Shown one piece after another: positions 24,506 to 38,555 of a DNA stretch of 64,000 bases. Position 1 is the stretch's first letter, and each line of letters starts with the position of its first letter. Below the pieces are notes generated by a model. That model had not been told where the DNA came from. It saw only the letters and a program-made list of their open reading frames with translations, and ran no database searches. A program made the translations under genes and the position numbers. The DNA comes from the human T2T-CHM13v2.0 reference genome, Homo sapiens. The DNA is taken from contig CP086569.2 in NCBI GenBank assembly GCA_009914755.4, positions 10,944,001 through 11,008,000 of the forward strand, given 5' to 3'.

Positions 24506-24945
24506 GATTTCATTTCCCCATTCCATTCCATGCCATTCCATTCAATTCCATTGCAGTCCATTCCATTCCATTTCATTCATTTCCATTCCATTCAATTCCA
24601 TTCCATTGCATTCCACAGAACTCCACTCCACTCCACCCCACAACACTCCATTAAACTCCATTTCACACCACTCCATTCCATTTCATTCCATTCCATTCCA
24701 TTCTATTCCACTACATTCCATTCCATTCTACACCAATCAACTCCACTGCATTACTCTCCACTCCATTCCTCTCCACTCTACTCCTTTTCATGCCATTCCA
24801 TTCCATTCCACTCCATTCCATGACATTCCATTCCACTCCACTAGGTTCCACTCGACTCCATTCAACTCAATTACACTCCATTCCTCTGTATTCCATTCCA
24901 CTACACTCCATTCCATTCCATTCTACTCCATTCCATTTCATTCCT

Positions 24946-25010
24946 TTATTTCGACTGAATCTCACTGTGTCACGCAAACTGGAGTGCTGTGGCCCAATCT
25001 TAGCTCACAT
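24946..25010 (-). mobile_element. Alu 3'-end fragment
   Basis: rc Alu 3'-end core read in sequence; +/-5 bp. Confidence 0.7.
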
Positions 25011-25584
25011 TTCATTGATGATTATAAAACATTTCATTTCATTCCATTCCATTCCATTCCATTCCATTCCATTCCATTCCATTCCATTCCATTCCATTCC
25101 ACTGCACTCTGATCCACTCTACTTGAATCCACTCCACTCCACTCTATTCCTTTCCATTCCAATCCGTTCAATTCCGTTCCATTCCACTCCACCCAGCTCT
25201 GTTCCATTCCACTTAATTCCACTCCACTCCTCTCCACTTCACTTAATTCCCATCCATTCCACTCCATTCCATTCTAATCTATTCCATTCCATTCCATTCC
25301 ATTCCATTCCATTCCATTCCATTCCGCTCCATTCCATTCCATTCCATTCCTTTCTTTTCCACTCCACTCCATTCCACTCCACTCCTCTCCACTCCACTAT
25401 CCTCCATTTCATTCCATTCCACTCCACTCCACTCCACTCCATTCCATTCCTTTCCATTCCATTCCACTGAACTCCCATCCACTCCGCTCAACTCCACTCC
25501 CCTCCACGCCACTCCAATTATTTCCTTTCCATTCCTTTCACTCCACTCTATTACATTCCATTCTATTGCTTTCCATTCTATTCC

Positions 25585-25650
25585 TTTATTGCGACAGTAT
25601 CTCACTCTGTCACTCAGAATGAAGTATAGTGGCCCTATCTCACCTCACAT
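25585..25650 (-). mobile_element. Alu 3'-end fragment
   Basis: rc Alu 3'-end core partly degenerate; +/-5 bp. Confidence 0.6.
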
Positions 25651-26295
25651 TTCATTCACAATTCAATTCCATTCCATACAATTCCATTGCATTGCATTCC
25701 ATTCCATTCCATTCTTTGCCATTTCACTCCACTCCACTCCATTGCACTCCACTCAATTCCATTCCATTCGACTCCACTCCACTATATTCCATTCCATTCC
25801 ATTCCATTCCATTTCCTTACAATCCATTCCATTAGACTGCACTCAGATCCAACCCATTCCACTTCACTCCGATCCTTTCTGTTTCACATTATTCCTTTCC
25901 ATTCTATTCCATTCCATTCCACTCCATTTCACTCCACTCCAGTCCAATCCACTCCATTCCATTCCATTCCATTTCATTCCACTGCATTCTGATCCACTCC
26001 ACTGAACTCCACTTCACTCTACTCCACTCCACTCCATTTCATTCTGTTCCATTCGAATCCATTCCTTTCCATTCCATTTCATTCCATTCCGCTCCACTCC
26101 ATTCCACTCCACTGAATTCCAATCCATTCTCTTCCTTTCCACTCCATTCCATTTCCTTCCATTCCGCTCCATTCCACTCCATTCCTCTCCAGTCCATTCC
26201 ACTCCTCTCCACTCCACCTAACTGCACTCCATTCCAATCTTTTCCATTCCACACCACTCCATTCCATTCGATTTTACTCCATTCCATTCCATTCT

Positions 26296-26360
26296 TTATT
26301 TCGGCTGGAACTCACTCTCTCACCCAGACTGGAGTCTAGTCCCACATTGTTATCTCACAT
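26296..26360 (-). mobile_element. Alu 3'-end fragment (GACTGGAACTCAC variant)
   Basis: rc Alu 3'-end core variant; +/-5 bp. Confidence 0.65.
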
Positions 26361-27374
26361 TTCATTTCACCTTTCCATTGTATTGCATTGCATTCCATTC
26401 CATTCCATTGATTCCATTCCATTCAACTCAACTCCACTCCAAAGCACTCAACTCCACTCCACTTCACTCCACTCCACTCCATTCTGGTGCGTTCCGTTCC
26501 ATTACGTTCCATTCCATTCAATTCCGTTCCATTGTATTCCATTCCACTCCATTCCATTCTATTCCATTCCATGCCATTCCATTCAATTGCACTCCGATCC
26601 ACTCCACTCAACTCCATTCCTCTCCATTCCACTCCATTCTGTTCTATTCCATTCCATTCCATTGCTTTCCATTCCATTCCATTCCATTCCACTTTATCCC
26701 ATTCCACTCCATTCCACTGCACTCCACTCCAATCCACTCCACTCCACACCATTCCATTCTATTCCACTCCACCCCATTCCACTCCACTCAACTCAACTCC
26801 ACTCCATTCCACTCCACTCCGTTCCATTGTATTCCGTTCCGTTCCATTCTCTTCCATTCCACTCCATTCCATCTCTCCACTCAATTCCACTCCACTCCAA
26901 TTCACTCTGTGCAATTAAATTTCACTCCAGTCCACTTCCCTGGACCACGCTCCATTCCACACCACTCCATTATGTTCCATTCCTTTCCATTCCATTCCAT
27001 TCCATTCCACTCCATTGCATTCCACTCCACTCCATGACACTCCACTGCATTTCACCCAATCCCTCCATTCCACTCCACTCATCTCCATTCCATTCAACTT
27101 CACTCCTTTCCATTTTGTTCCATTCCATTGTGTTCCATTCCATTCCACTCCATTTCATTCCACTCTACTCCATGTCACTCCACTCCATTTCACCCATTCC
27201 CTCCATTGCACTCCACTCATTTCCATTCCATTCCACTTCACTCCTTTCCATTCTTTTCCATTCCATTCTATTCCATTCCACTCCCCCCCATTCCACTCCA
27301 CGCCACTCCATTCCAATCCATTCCATTCCACTCCACAACTTTCCATTGTATTTTAATTTATTCCATTCCATTCC

Positions 27375-27440
27375 TTTATTTCGACTGGAATTCACAATCT
27401 CACCCAGACTGGAGTGTAGTGGAACATTCATAGCTCACAT
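27375..27440 (-). mobile_element. Alu 3'-end fragment (GACTGGAAYTCAC variant)
   Basis: rc Alu 3'-end core variant; +/-5 bp. Confidence 0.65.
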
Positions 27441-28144
27441 TTCATTTCACCCTTTCATTCTATTCCATTCCATTCCATTCCATTCCATTCCATTCCATTC
27501 CATTCCATTCCACTCCATTCCATTCCATTCCATTCCACTCCATTCCATTCTATTGCTCTCACGTCCACTCCACTCTACTCAAGTCCACTTCACTTCACTC
27601 CACTCACCTCCATTCCAGTGAGCTCCATGCCTTTCCGTCCCATTCTATTCCATTCCATTCTATTCCAAACCATATAATTGCATTCCATTCTGTTGCATTC
27701 CATTCCATTCCATTCCATTCACTCCTTTCCATTCCACGCCATTCCACTCTATTCCACTCTGCTCCAATTTACTCCACTCCATTTCATTCCACTCCATTCC
27801 ACTCCAATCCACTCCATTCCATTCCATTCCATTCCATCCCATTCCATTCCATTCCAGTGCACTCCGATCCACTTCACTCAAATCCATTCCACTCCACTCC
27901 ACTCTGTTTCATTCTGTTCCATTCCATTCCTTTCCATTCCGTACCATTAAACTCCATTCCATTTCACTCCACTCCATTTGAACCCATTCTCTTCCATTCC
28001 ACTCCAATCAGTTTCATTCAATTCCACTCCATTCCTCTACAGTCTATTCTACTCCACTCCATTCCACCCTAATACACTCCATTCCAATCTCTTCACTTCC
28101 ACTCCACTCCATTCCATTCGATTTTTCTCCATTCCATTTAATTC

Positions 28145-28210
28145 TTTATTTCGACTGGAACTCACTTTCTTATCCAGACTGGAGTACAGTGGCACATTGT
28201 TAGCTCACAT
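28145..28210 (-). mobile_element. Alu 3'-end fragment (GACTGGAACTCAC variant)
   Basis: paralog of 26296; +/-5 bp. Confidence 0.7.
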
Positions 28211-29069
28211 TACACTTCACCTTTCCATTCCATTCCTTTCCATTCCATTCCATTCAATTCCATTGTGTTCCATTCCATTCCATTCCATTGCATTCCACTC
28301 AACTCCACTCCGCTGCACTCAGCTCCACTCCACTCCACTCCACTCCATTCTGGTTCCTTCCATTCCGTTCCTTTCCTTTCCATTCCATTCGGTTCCATTG
28401 CATTCCATTCTACTCTATTCAATTCCATGCCGTTCCATTCCACTGCACTCCGATCCACTCTGCTCAACTCAACTCCACTCAATTCCACTCCATTCCAATC
28501 CATTCCATTTCATTCCATTGCATTCCATTCCTTTCCATTCCACTCTACTCTATTCCATTCCACTCCATTACACTCCATCCCACTTCACTCCACTCCAATC
28601 AACTCCATCCCACTCCATTCTATTCCTTTCTATTCCACTGTACTCCAATCCACTCGACTCAATGCAAATTCGCTCCATTCCACTCTACTCCTTTCCATTT
28701 CATTCCGTTCCATTCTGTTCTCTTCCATTCAATTCCATTCCATTCATCTCCACTCAATTCCTCTCCACTCCAACTCACTACATGCCATTAAATTCCACTC
28801 CACTCCACTTCCCTCAACTCCACTCCATTCCACTCCACTACTTTAGGTTCCATTCCTTTCCTTTCCATTCCATTTGATTCCACTCCATTGCATTCTACCT
28901 GACTCCATTCCACTCCACTCCATTTCAATACATTCCACTCCACTCATCTCCATTCCCTTCCACTCCACTCCTTCCCATTCCACTCCATTCCATTCCATTC
29001 CATTCCACTGCACTCCATTCCATTCCACTCCATTCCATTCCATTCTATTTTACTCCATTCCATTCCATT

Positions 29070-29140
29070 CCTTTATTTCGATTGGAACTCACTGTCTCAC
29101 CCAGACTGGAGTGCAGTGGTACATTCTTAGTTCACATTTC
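29070..29140 (-). mobile_element. Alu 3'-end fragment (GATTGGAACTCAC variant)
   Basis: paralog of 26296/28145/45090; +/-5 bp. Confidence 0.7.
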
Positions 29141-29994
29141 ATTTCACCCTTCCATTCCATTCCATTCCATTCCATTCCACGCCACTCCACTCCACTCCTC
29201 TCCATTCCATTCCATTCCATTCCATTCCATTCCATTCCATTCCATTCCATTCCATTCTATTCAATTTCGTTCCATTCCGTTCCGTTCCATTCCGTTCCAT
29301 TCCATTACATTCCATTCCATTGCACTCAACTCCACTTCACTCCACTCAACTCAACTCCAATTCACTCCACTCCATTCCATTCTGGTGTGCTCCATTCCAT
29401 TCCGTTCCACTCCATTCTATTCCGTTCTATTCTATTCAAATCTGTTCAATTGCATTCCATTCTTTTACATCACATTCCATTCCAATCCACTCCATTCCAT
29501 TCCACTCCCTTCCAATCCAATCCACTCCACTCGATTCCACTCCACTCCATTTCACTGCACTCCACTCCAATCCAATCCATTCCATTCCACTCCATTCCAT
29601 TCCACTGCACTCCAATCCACTCCACTCAACTCCACTCCACTCCACTCATCTCTGTTTCATTCCGTTCCATTCCATTCCATTCCATTCCATTCCATTCCAT
29701 TCCATTACTGTCCATTCCATTCCACTCCACTCCCTTCCACTCCACTATTTCTGATGCCATTCACCTCCATTCCCCTCCACTCCAGTCCACTCCACTCAAA
29801 TCAACTCCATTCCATTCCATTCCACTACATTCCATTCCATTCCACTACATTCCACTTTATTCCAATCCACTCCATACCACTCCACTCCATTCATCTCCAC
29901 TCCACTCCATTCCTCTCCACTCCACTCCATTACACTCCATTCCATTCCACTGCACACTATTCCATTCCATTCTACTCCACTCCATTCCATTCCT

Positions 29995-30056
29995 TTATTT
30001 CAACAGATCTCACTCTGTCACTTTTAATGAAGTGCAGTAGCACAATCTTAGCTCAC
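29995..30056 (-). mobile_element. Alu 3'-end fragment
   Basis: rc Alu 3'-end core partly degenerate; +/-5 bp. Confidence 0.6.
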
Positions 30057-30607
30057 ATTTCATTTCACCATTCTATTCCATTTAATTCCATTGAACTCCA
30101 TTCCATTCCATTCCACTCTAATACACTCAGCTAAACTCCACTGCATTCCATTCCATTCCATTGTGTTCCATTCCACTGGACTCTGATCCACTCCACTCAA
30201 CTCCAGTACACTCCACCCCACTTCACTCTATTCCATTTTGTCTTTTCCGATAGTTTCCGTTCCTTTCCTCTCAGTTCCATTCCAGTCCACTGCATTCCAC
30301 TCCACTCCACTGCACTCCATTCCACTCCAATCCACTCCATTCCATTCTACTCCATTGCATTCAACTCCATTCCATTCCATTCCACTCCATTCCACTCCTC
30401 TCCATCTCCCTCATCTCCATTCCACTGCACTCTGCTCCACTCCATTCCATTCCATTCCATTCCACTCCATTCCATTCCAGTCCACTCCACTCCACTCTCC
30501 TCAACTACATTCCACTCCACTCCATTCCCATCCACTACATTCCACTGCATTCCATTCCATTCCACTCCACTCCATTCCATTCCTTTCTACTTGATTCCAT
30601 TCCATTA

Positions 30608-30675
30608 CTTTATTTCGACTGGATCTCACTCTGTCACCCAAACTGGAGTGCTGTGGTACAATCTCAGCTAACATT
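30608..30675 (-). mobile_element. Alu 3'-end fragment
   Basis: rc Alu 3'-end core read in sequence; +/-5 bp. Confidence 0.75.
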
Positions 30676-30989
30676 TCCTTTCACATTTCCATTCTATTTC
30701 ATTCCATTCAATTGCATTACATTCCATTCAATTGCATTCCATTCCATTCGACTCCACTGCATTCCCCTCCACTCTACTCCACTCCTCTGAATTCCATTCC
30801 ACTCCACTCCATTCCACTCCATTCCATTCCATTCTACTACATTCCATTCCATTACATTCCACTGCATTCCACTCCGTTCCACTCCACTCCTCTCCACTGT
30901 ACTCCACTCCATTCCATTCCACTCCACTCCATTCCATTCCACTCTATTCCATTCAAATCCATTCCACTCCACTCCACTCCATTCCATTC

Positions 30990-32080
30990 CACCCCACTCC
31001 TACTTGACTCCACTCTATTCCATTCTCTACCATTCCATTCCACAACACTCCATTCCATTCCACACCACTCCACTAATCTCCACTCCACTCCACTGCATTC
31101 CATTCCATTCCACTCCACTCCACTCCAATCCATTCCATTCCATTCCTGTGCACTCTAATAAAATCCACTGAACTCCATTTCACTCCAGTCCATATCACTT
31201 TGTTCCATTCCATTCCATTCCATTCCATTCCATTCCATTCCATTCCATTCCATTCCACTGCACTCCATTCCATTCCATTCCACTCCACCCGACTCGACTC
31301 CACTCAAATCCACTCCAATCCAATCCACTCCACTCTACTCCATTCCATTCCATTCCACTGCATTCCATTGCACACCATTCCATTTCACACGACTCCAGTC
31401 CATTCCACTTCAATCCATTCCTTTCCATTCCACCTCACTCCACTCCATTCCTATCCATTCCATTCCATTCCTTTCCATTCCATTCCATTCCATTGCACTC
31501 CACTCCATTCCATTCCACTCTATTCCATTCAAATCCTCTCCACTCCACTCTGTTCCATTCCACCCCACTCCTACTTGACTCCACTCTATTCCATTCTCTA
31601 CCATTCCATTCCATAACACTCCATTCCATTCCACTCCAATCCACTAACCTCCACTCCACTCCACTCCACTCCACTGCATTCCATTCCATTCCACTCCACT
31701 CCACTCCATTCCATTCCATTCCATTCCTGTGCACTGTGATAAAATCCACTCAACTCCATTTCACTCCAGTCCATATCACTCTCTTCCCTTCCATTCCATT
31801 ACATTCCTATCCATTCCATTTCATTCCATTCCTTTCCCCTGCACTCCATTCTATTCCATTCCACTCTACCCCACTCGACTCCACTCAAATCAACTCCAAT
31901 GCAATCCACCCCACTCTACTCCATTCCCTTCCACTCCACTGCATTCCGTTGCACACCATTCCATTTCACACGACTCCACTCCTTTCCACTTCAATCCATT
32001 CCGTTCCATTCCACCTCACTCCATTCCTATCCATTCCATTCCATTGCACTCCATTCCATTCCACTCCAATCCACTCCACT
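30990..32080. repeat. 545-bp tandem duplication (2 copies) inside an Alu-fragment-free sub-block
   Basis: 30990-31534 vs 31535-32080 share CCCCACTCCTACTTGACTCCACTCTATTCCATTCTCTACC...CCTGTGCACT(C/G)T(A/G)ATAAAATCCACT. Confidence 0.8.
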
Positions 32081-32675
32081 CAACTCCACTCTAGTGTAAT
32101 CCACTCCACTCCATTCCATTCCATTCCATTCCATTGCATTACCATCCATTCCACTGCACTCCGATGCACTCCACTCAAGTATACTCCACTCCACTCTACT
32201 CCATTCCATTCTGTTCTCTTCTATTCCATTCTACTCCATTCCATTCCACTCAACTCCATTCCATTCCACTGCATTTCACTCCATTCCACTACACTCCACT
32301 GCACTCCACTCCACTCCAATCCATTCCATTCCACTCCATTCCATTCCATTCCACACCATTCCATTCAATTTCCTTCCACTCCGCTAGTTTCCATTCCAGT
32401 CCACTTCATTCCATTCCATTCTTATCCACTCCGTTCAACTACATTCCACTCCAATCCTTTCCACTCCACTCCATTCCACTCCACTGCTCTCCATTCCGAC
32501 CCATTCCTTTGATTCCACCAAATTCCATTCCATTCTATTCCACTCCATTCCACTCCACTCAATTCCACTCCACTTCATTCCACACGACCCATCTCCATTC
32601 CACTCCATTCCACTCCGTTCAATTCCACTCCACTCCGTTCCATTACATTCTAAGGCATTCCATTCCATTCCTTTA

Positions 32676-32740
32676 TTTCGAGTGCATTTCACACTTTCAC
32701 CCAGACTGTAGTGCAGTAACACAATCTTAGCTCACATTTC
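32676..32740 (-). mobile_element. Alu 3'-end fragment
   Basis: rc Alu 3'-end core read in sequence; +/-5 bp. Confidence 0.65.
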
Positions 32741-33149
32741 ATTTCTCCATTCCATCGCATTCCATTCCATAACATTGCATTCCATTCCACTGCACTCCAA
32801 TACACTTCTCTACTCAACTCTACTCCACGTCACTCGGTTCCAATCCGATCCATGCCATTTCGTTCTTTTCCGTTCCATTCCACTTCATTCCATTTCACTA
32901 TACTCCATTCCACTGCAGTATGTTTCACTCCATTCCACTCCATTCCACTCCACTTCACTCAACTCTACTCCACTCCACTCGATTCCAATCCGTTCCATGC
33001 CATTTCGTTCTTTTCCGTTCCTTTCCACTCCATTCCATTTCACTATACTCCATTGTACTGCAGTATGTTTCACTCCATTCCACTCCATTCCACTCCACTC
33101 CTCTCCACTTCACTCTACTTCATTCCATTCTACTCCGTTCCACTGGATT

Positions 33150-33220
33150 CCTTTACTTCAACTGAATATCACTCTTACACCCAGACTGGAGTGCAGTGGC
33201 ACAACCTTAGCTCACATTTC
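33150..33220 (-). mobile_element. Alu 3'-end fragment
   Basis: rc Alu 3'-end core read in sequence; +/-5 bp. Confidence 0.7.
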
Positions 33221-33527
33221 ATTTGACCATTCCATTCCGTTCCATTCTGTTTTATTCAATTCCATTCCACGGCATTCCGATCCACTCCACTCTACTCCAT
33301 TCCACTCTACTACACTCCACTCCATTCCATTTCCGGCCACTCCATTCCATTCCATTCCACTTCTTTACACTCCATTCCACTCTTCTCCACTCCATTCTGC
33401 TCTCTTCCACACCATTACATTCCACTCCATTCCATTCCACTGCATTCCACTACATTCCACTCCTTTCCACTCGATTCCATTCCATTTCTCTCCATTCCAT
33501 TCCATTCTACTCTATTCCCTTCCATTC

Positions 33528-33592
33528 CTTTATTTTGACTGGATCTCACTCTGTCACTTAGACTTGAGTGGAGTGACACAATCTCAGCTCAC
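33528..33592 (-). mobile_element. Alu 3'-end fragment
   Basis: rc Alu 3'-end core read in sequence; +/-5 bp. Confidence 0.7.
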
Positions 33593-33949
33593 ATTTCATT
33601 TCACTGTTCCATTCCATTCCACTCCATTCCATTCCATTCCATTCCATTCAAATCCATTCCATTCCATTCCCCTCCACTGCACTCCGATCCACTCCACTCA
33701 ACTCCACTGCATTCCACTACACTCCACTATGTTCCATTCCATTCAATTCCATTCTAGTCCCTTCCATTCCATTCTATTCCATTCCATTCCATTCTATTCT
33801 TTTCCATTCCCTTCCATTCCGTTATGTTCCATTCCACTCCATTCCACTTCACTCATTTCCACTCCACTCCACTCCATTACGCTCCACTACATTCCACTCC
33901 ATTCCATTCCACTCCATTCCATTCCATTCTACTCTATTGCATTTTATTC

Positions 33950-34015
33950 CTTTATTTATACTGGATCTCACACTATGACCCCTACTGGAGTGCAGTGGCA
34001 CAATCTTAGCTCTGA
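33950..34015 (-). mobile_element. Alu 3'-end fragment
   Basis: rc Alu 3'-end core partly degenerate; +/-5 bp. Confidence 0.6.
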
Positions 34016-34861
34016 TTTCATTTCACCAATGCATTAGATTCCTTTCTGTTCCATTCCATCCCACTCCCTTCATTTCCATTCCACTCCATTCCATTCCATT
34101 CCACTCCATTCCATTCCATTCCACTCCACTCCATTCCATTCCATTCCATTCCATTCTAATCCATTCCATTCCACTACACTACACTGCACCGCATTCCATT
34201 CCATTCCACTCCATTCCATTCCATTGCACTACACTACACTGCACCGCATTCCATTCCATTCCACTCCATTCCATTCCATTCCACTCCATTCCATTCCATT
34301 CCATTCCACTCCACTCCATTCCATTCCATTCCATTCTAATCCATTCCATTCCCCTCCACTACACTGCACCCCATTCCATGCCATTCCAATCCATTCCACT
34401 GCATTCCATTACACTGCAGTCCCACCCACTCCACTGAACTCCACTCCACTTCACTCTACTCCACTCCATTCCATTAGGTTGCATTCTGTTTCGTTCCATT
34501 CCTTTCCATTCCACTCCACTCCAGTCCACTCCACTCCATTTCACTTCATTCCAGTCCATTCCACTCCACTCCATTCCATTACACTGCATTCCGAATGATT
34601 CCACTACTTTCCATTCCATTTCACTCCATTCCACTCCATTCCATTCCACTGTACTCCATTCCACTCCACTCCACTTCATTCCATTACACTGCATTCCGAA
34701 TGATTCCACTACTTTCCATTCCATTTCACTCCATTCCACTCCATTCCATTCCACTGCACTCCATTCCACTCCACTCCACTCCATTCCACTCCATTCCATT
34801 CCACTCCATTCCATTCCACTCCACTCCATTCTATTCCATTCTACTGCATTCAATTCCATTC

Positions 34862-34930
34862 CTTTATTTCGACTGGTACTTACTCTGTGAACCCTACTGG
34901 AGTTCAGTGGCACAATCTTAGGTCTCATTT
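34862..34930 (-). mobile_element. Alu 3'-end fragment
   Basis: rc Alu 3'-end core partly degenerate; +/-5 bp. Confidence 0.6.
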
Positions 34931-35014
34931 CATTTCCCCAATCCATTCCATTCCTTTCTGTTCCATTTCATTCCATTCCATTCTATTCCAATCTACTCCA
35001 TTACATTCCAGTCC

Positions 35015-35078
35015 TTTATTTCAACTGGATCTCACTCTGTCATCAAGACTAAAGTGCAATGGCCCAACCTAAGCTCAC
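35015..35078 (-). mobile_element. Alu 3'-end fragment
   Basis: rc Alu 3'-end core; paralog of 35745; +/-5 bp. Confidence 0.65.
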
Positions 35079-35744
35079 ATTTCATTAGCCTTTCCATTCC
35101 ATTCCATTCCATTCCATTCCATTCCATTCCATTCCATTCCATTCCATTGCATTCCATTCCACTCCACTCCACTCCATTTCCCTCCACTACACTGCACTTC
35201 ATTCCATTCCGTTCCTTTCCATTGTATTCCATTTCATTTCTTTGCACTGCACTACCATCCACTCCACTCAACTCTCCTCCACTTCAGTCTATTCCTCTCT
35301 CTTCCATTAGGCTGCATTCCATTCCACTCCACTCCATTCCACTCTACTCCGTTTTACTTCTTTCCACTCCATTCCACTCCACTCCACTCCAGTCCAGTCC
35401 ATTCTATTACACTCCATTCCATTCGATTCCACTCCATTCCACTCCATTCCATTCCATTCCACAACATTCCACTCCACTCCACTCCATTTTATTTCTTTCC
35501 ACTCCATTCCACTCCACTCCACTCCAGTCCATTCTATTACACTCCATTCCATTCGATTCCACTCCATTCCATTCCATTTCAATCCATTCCACTCCATTCC
35601 ATTCCATTCCACAACATTCCACTCCACTCCACTCCATTCCACTCTGCTCGATTCCACTCCCTCCATTAAACATCACTCCACTCCATTCCACTGCATTCCA
35701 TTCCACTCCACTCCATTCTATTCCATTCTACTCCATTCCATTCC

Positions 35745-35810
35745 AGTCCTTTATTTCAACTGGATCTCACTCTGTCACCAAGACTAAAATGCAGTGGCCC
35801 AACCTAAGCT
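35745..35810 (-). mobile_element. Alu 3'-end fragment
   Basis: rc Alu 3'-end core; paralog of 35015 (offset 730 bp); +/-5 bp. Confidence 0.65.
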
Positions 35811-36269
35811 CACATTTCATTAGCCTTTCCATTCCATTCCATTCCATTCCATTCCATTCCATTCCATTCCATTCCATTCCATTCCGTTCCACTATACTCC
35901 GATCCAATCCACTCAACTCGACTTCACTCCACTCATTCCTTTCCATTCTGCTCTATTCTCTTCCATTCCATTCGATTCCATTCCGTTCTTTTCCATTCCA
36001 TCCCACTCCACTCCATTCCATTCTACTCCATTCCTCTCCACTCCTTTCCACTCCACTCCATTCCATTTCACTCCATTCCATTCCATTCCATTCCATTTCA
36101 TTCCATTCCATTCCAGTGTACTCCGATAGACTCCACTCAACTTCACTCGACTTCCCTCTGATCCATTCCGTTCCGTTCCTTTGCATTCCAGTCTACTACA
36201 TTCCATTCCACCTGACTCCATTCCACTCCACTCCATTCCCTCCCATTCTAATGCATTCCATTCCACTCC

Positions 36270-36340
36270 TTTATTTCGACTGGATATCAAACTGTCACCC
36301 AGAATGGAGTGCAGTGGCACCAAATTAGATCATATTTCTT
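36270..36340 (-). mobile_element. Alu 3'-end fragment
   Basis: rc Alu 3'-end core partly degenerate; +/-5 bp. Confidence 0.6.
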
Positions 36341-36589
36341 TTCACCCTTCCATTCCATTCCATTCCATTCCATTCCATTCCATTCCATTCCATTTCACAC
36401 CATTCAACTCCACTCCATTCCACTCCCCTCCACTCCACTCTATTCCACTCCACTCCTTTCATTCCATTGCATTCCATTCCTATGTAATCCAATCCACTCG
36501 AGTCAAATCCACTCCACTCCACTCCACCACACTCCATTCCATTCCCCTCCACACCGTTTCATTCCATTATACTCTGTGCCATTCCATTC

Positions 36590-36655
36590 CTTTGTTCCGA
36601 TTAGATCTCACTGTGTCACCCAGAATGGAGTGCAGTTGCCCAATCTTTGCTCACA
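36590..36655 (-). mobile_element. Alu 3'-end fragment
   Basis: rc Alu 3'-end core read in sequence; +/-5 bp. Confidence 0.7.
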
Positions 36656-37187
36656 TTTCATTCACCATGTCATAGCATTCCATTCCATTTCATTCCATTC
36701 CATTCCATTAAATTCCATTCCACTGCACTCCGATCCTCTCCACTCAAATCCACTCCACTCCGTTCCATCCCGTTCCATTCCTTTCCTCTTCATTCTATTC
36801 CATTACACTTAATTCCATTCCATTCCATTGCACTCCATTCCACTTTACTTAATTACACTCCACTCCATACCACTCCACTATACTCCATTCCATTCCCTTC
36901 CATTCCCTTCCATTCCATTCCACACCATTCCATTCCATACCACTCCAGTACGTTCTTCCCCATTCCACTCCACCCCATCAACTCCACTCTATTCCATTCC
37001 ATTCCATTCCTTTTCTTTCCACTTCACTCCTATCCACTCCACTCAACTTCACTCCATTCTACTCCACTCCACTCCGTCCCATTCCATTCCATTACTTTCC
37101 ATTCCATTCTACTCCATTCCATTCCATTCCACTCCTATCAACTCCACTCTATTCCATTCCATTCTACTCCCTTCCATTCCATTTCAT

Positions 37188-37255
37188 TCCTTTATTTCAA
37201 CTGAATCTCACTCTTTCACCCAGACTGGAGTGCAGCGTCACAACCTTAGCTCACA
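37188..37255 (-). mobile_element. Alu 3'-end fragment
   Basis: rc Alu 3'-end core read in sequence; +/-5 bp. Confidence 0.7.
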
Positions 37256-38041
37256 TTTCATTTCACCATTCCTTTCCATTACATTCCATTCCGTTCCATT
37301 CCATTCCATTCCAATCCATTGGAGACCTTTCCATTCAACTCGAATCCACTCCACTCCACTCCACTCCATTCCACTCCTCTGCATTGAATTGCATTCCATT
37401 CCATTCCTTTCCATTCCACTGCATTCTGATCCACTCCACTCAACTCCATGCCACTCCAGTCCATTTGATTCCATTCTGTTCTATTATGTCCCGTTCCATT
37501 CCATTCCACCCCATTCCATTCCACTCCACTCCATTCCACTCCCCTCCTTTCCATTCCACTCCATTCCATTCCATTCCACTGCATTCCATTCTATTCCATT
37601 ACACTCCCTTCCACTCCATTCCACTACCCTCCATTCCACTCCACTCCACTCCATTCCAATCCATTCCATTCCATTTCACTCCATTCCATTCCATTTCACT
37701 CCATTCCATTCCATTCCACTCCACTCCACTCCATTCCACTCCACTCCATTTCACTCCATTCCCCTCCTTACCACTCCATTGCCCTGCATTCCACTCCATT
37801 CCCTTCCGTTTCATTCCACTCCACTCCATTCCACTCCACTCCATTCCATTCCATTCCACTTCATTCCATTCTATTCCATTACATTCCTTTCCACTTCATT
37901 CCACTCCACTCCTTTCCTCTCCACTCTACTCCATTCCATTCCATTCCATTCCACTCCACTCCATTCCACTCCACTCCACTCCACTCTATTCCTTTCCATC
38001 CACTCCATTCCACTCCATTCCACTACATTCCATTCCATTCC

Positions 38042-38105
38042 TTTATTTTGACTGGATCTCACTTTGTCGCCAAACTGAAGTGCAGTGGCACAATCTTAGC
38101 TCACA
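38042..38105 (-). mobile_element. Alu 3'-end fragment
   Basis: rc Alu 3'-end core read in sequence; +/-5 bp. Confidence 0.7.
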
Positions 38106-38487
38106 TTTCATTTCACCCTTCCATTCCATTAGATTCCACTACATTCTATTCCATTCCACTGCACTCTGATACAGTCCACTCAATTTTGCTCCACTCCAGT
38201 CCATTACATTGCATTCCACTCAATTCGATTCCACCACATTCTATTCCATTCCACTCAATTCCACTCCACTACTTTCCACTCCACTACATTCCACTCCACT
38301 CCATTCCAATCTATGCCATTACTTTCCCTTCCATTCCTTTCCATGATATTCCATTGCACCCCATTCCACTCCATTCCTCTGCACTCGATTCCACTCGACT
38401 CCATTCCACTCTGCTCCACTCCATTTCAGTTCATTCCATCCCACTCCACTCCATTCCATTTCATTCTACTCCATTCCATTCCATTTC

Positions 38488-38555
38488 TTTATTTCGAATG
38501 AATCTCACTCTGTCACGCATACTGGAGTGCTGTCGCGCAATTTTAGCTCGCTTTT
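38488..38555 (-). mobile_element. Alu 3'-end fragment
   Basis: rc Alu 3'-end core partly degenerate; +/-5 bp. Confidence 0.6.

Noticed and set aside
34359-34946. 195-aa - strand ORF and the many MEWNGMEWNG... minus-strand ORFs
   Set aside because: Mirror image of the same artifact: the (GGAAT)n strand translated; the composition is M/E/W/N/G/V/S only.
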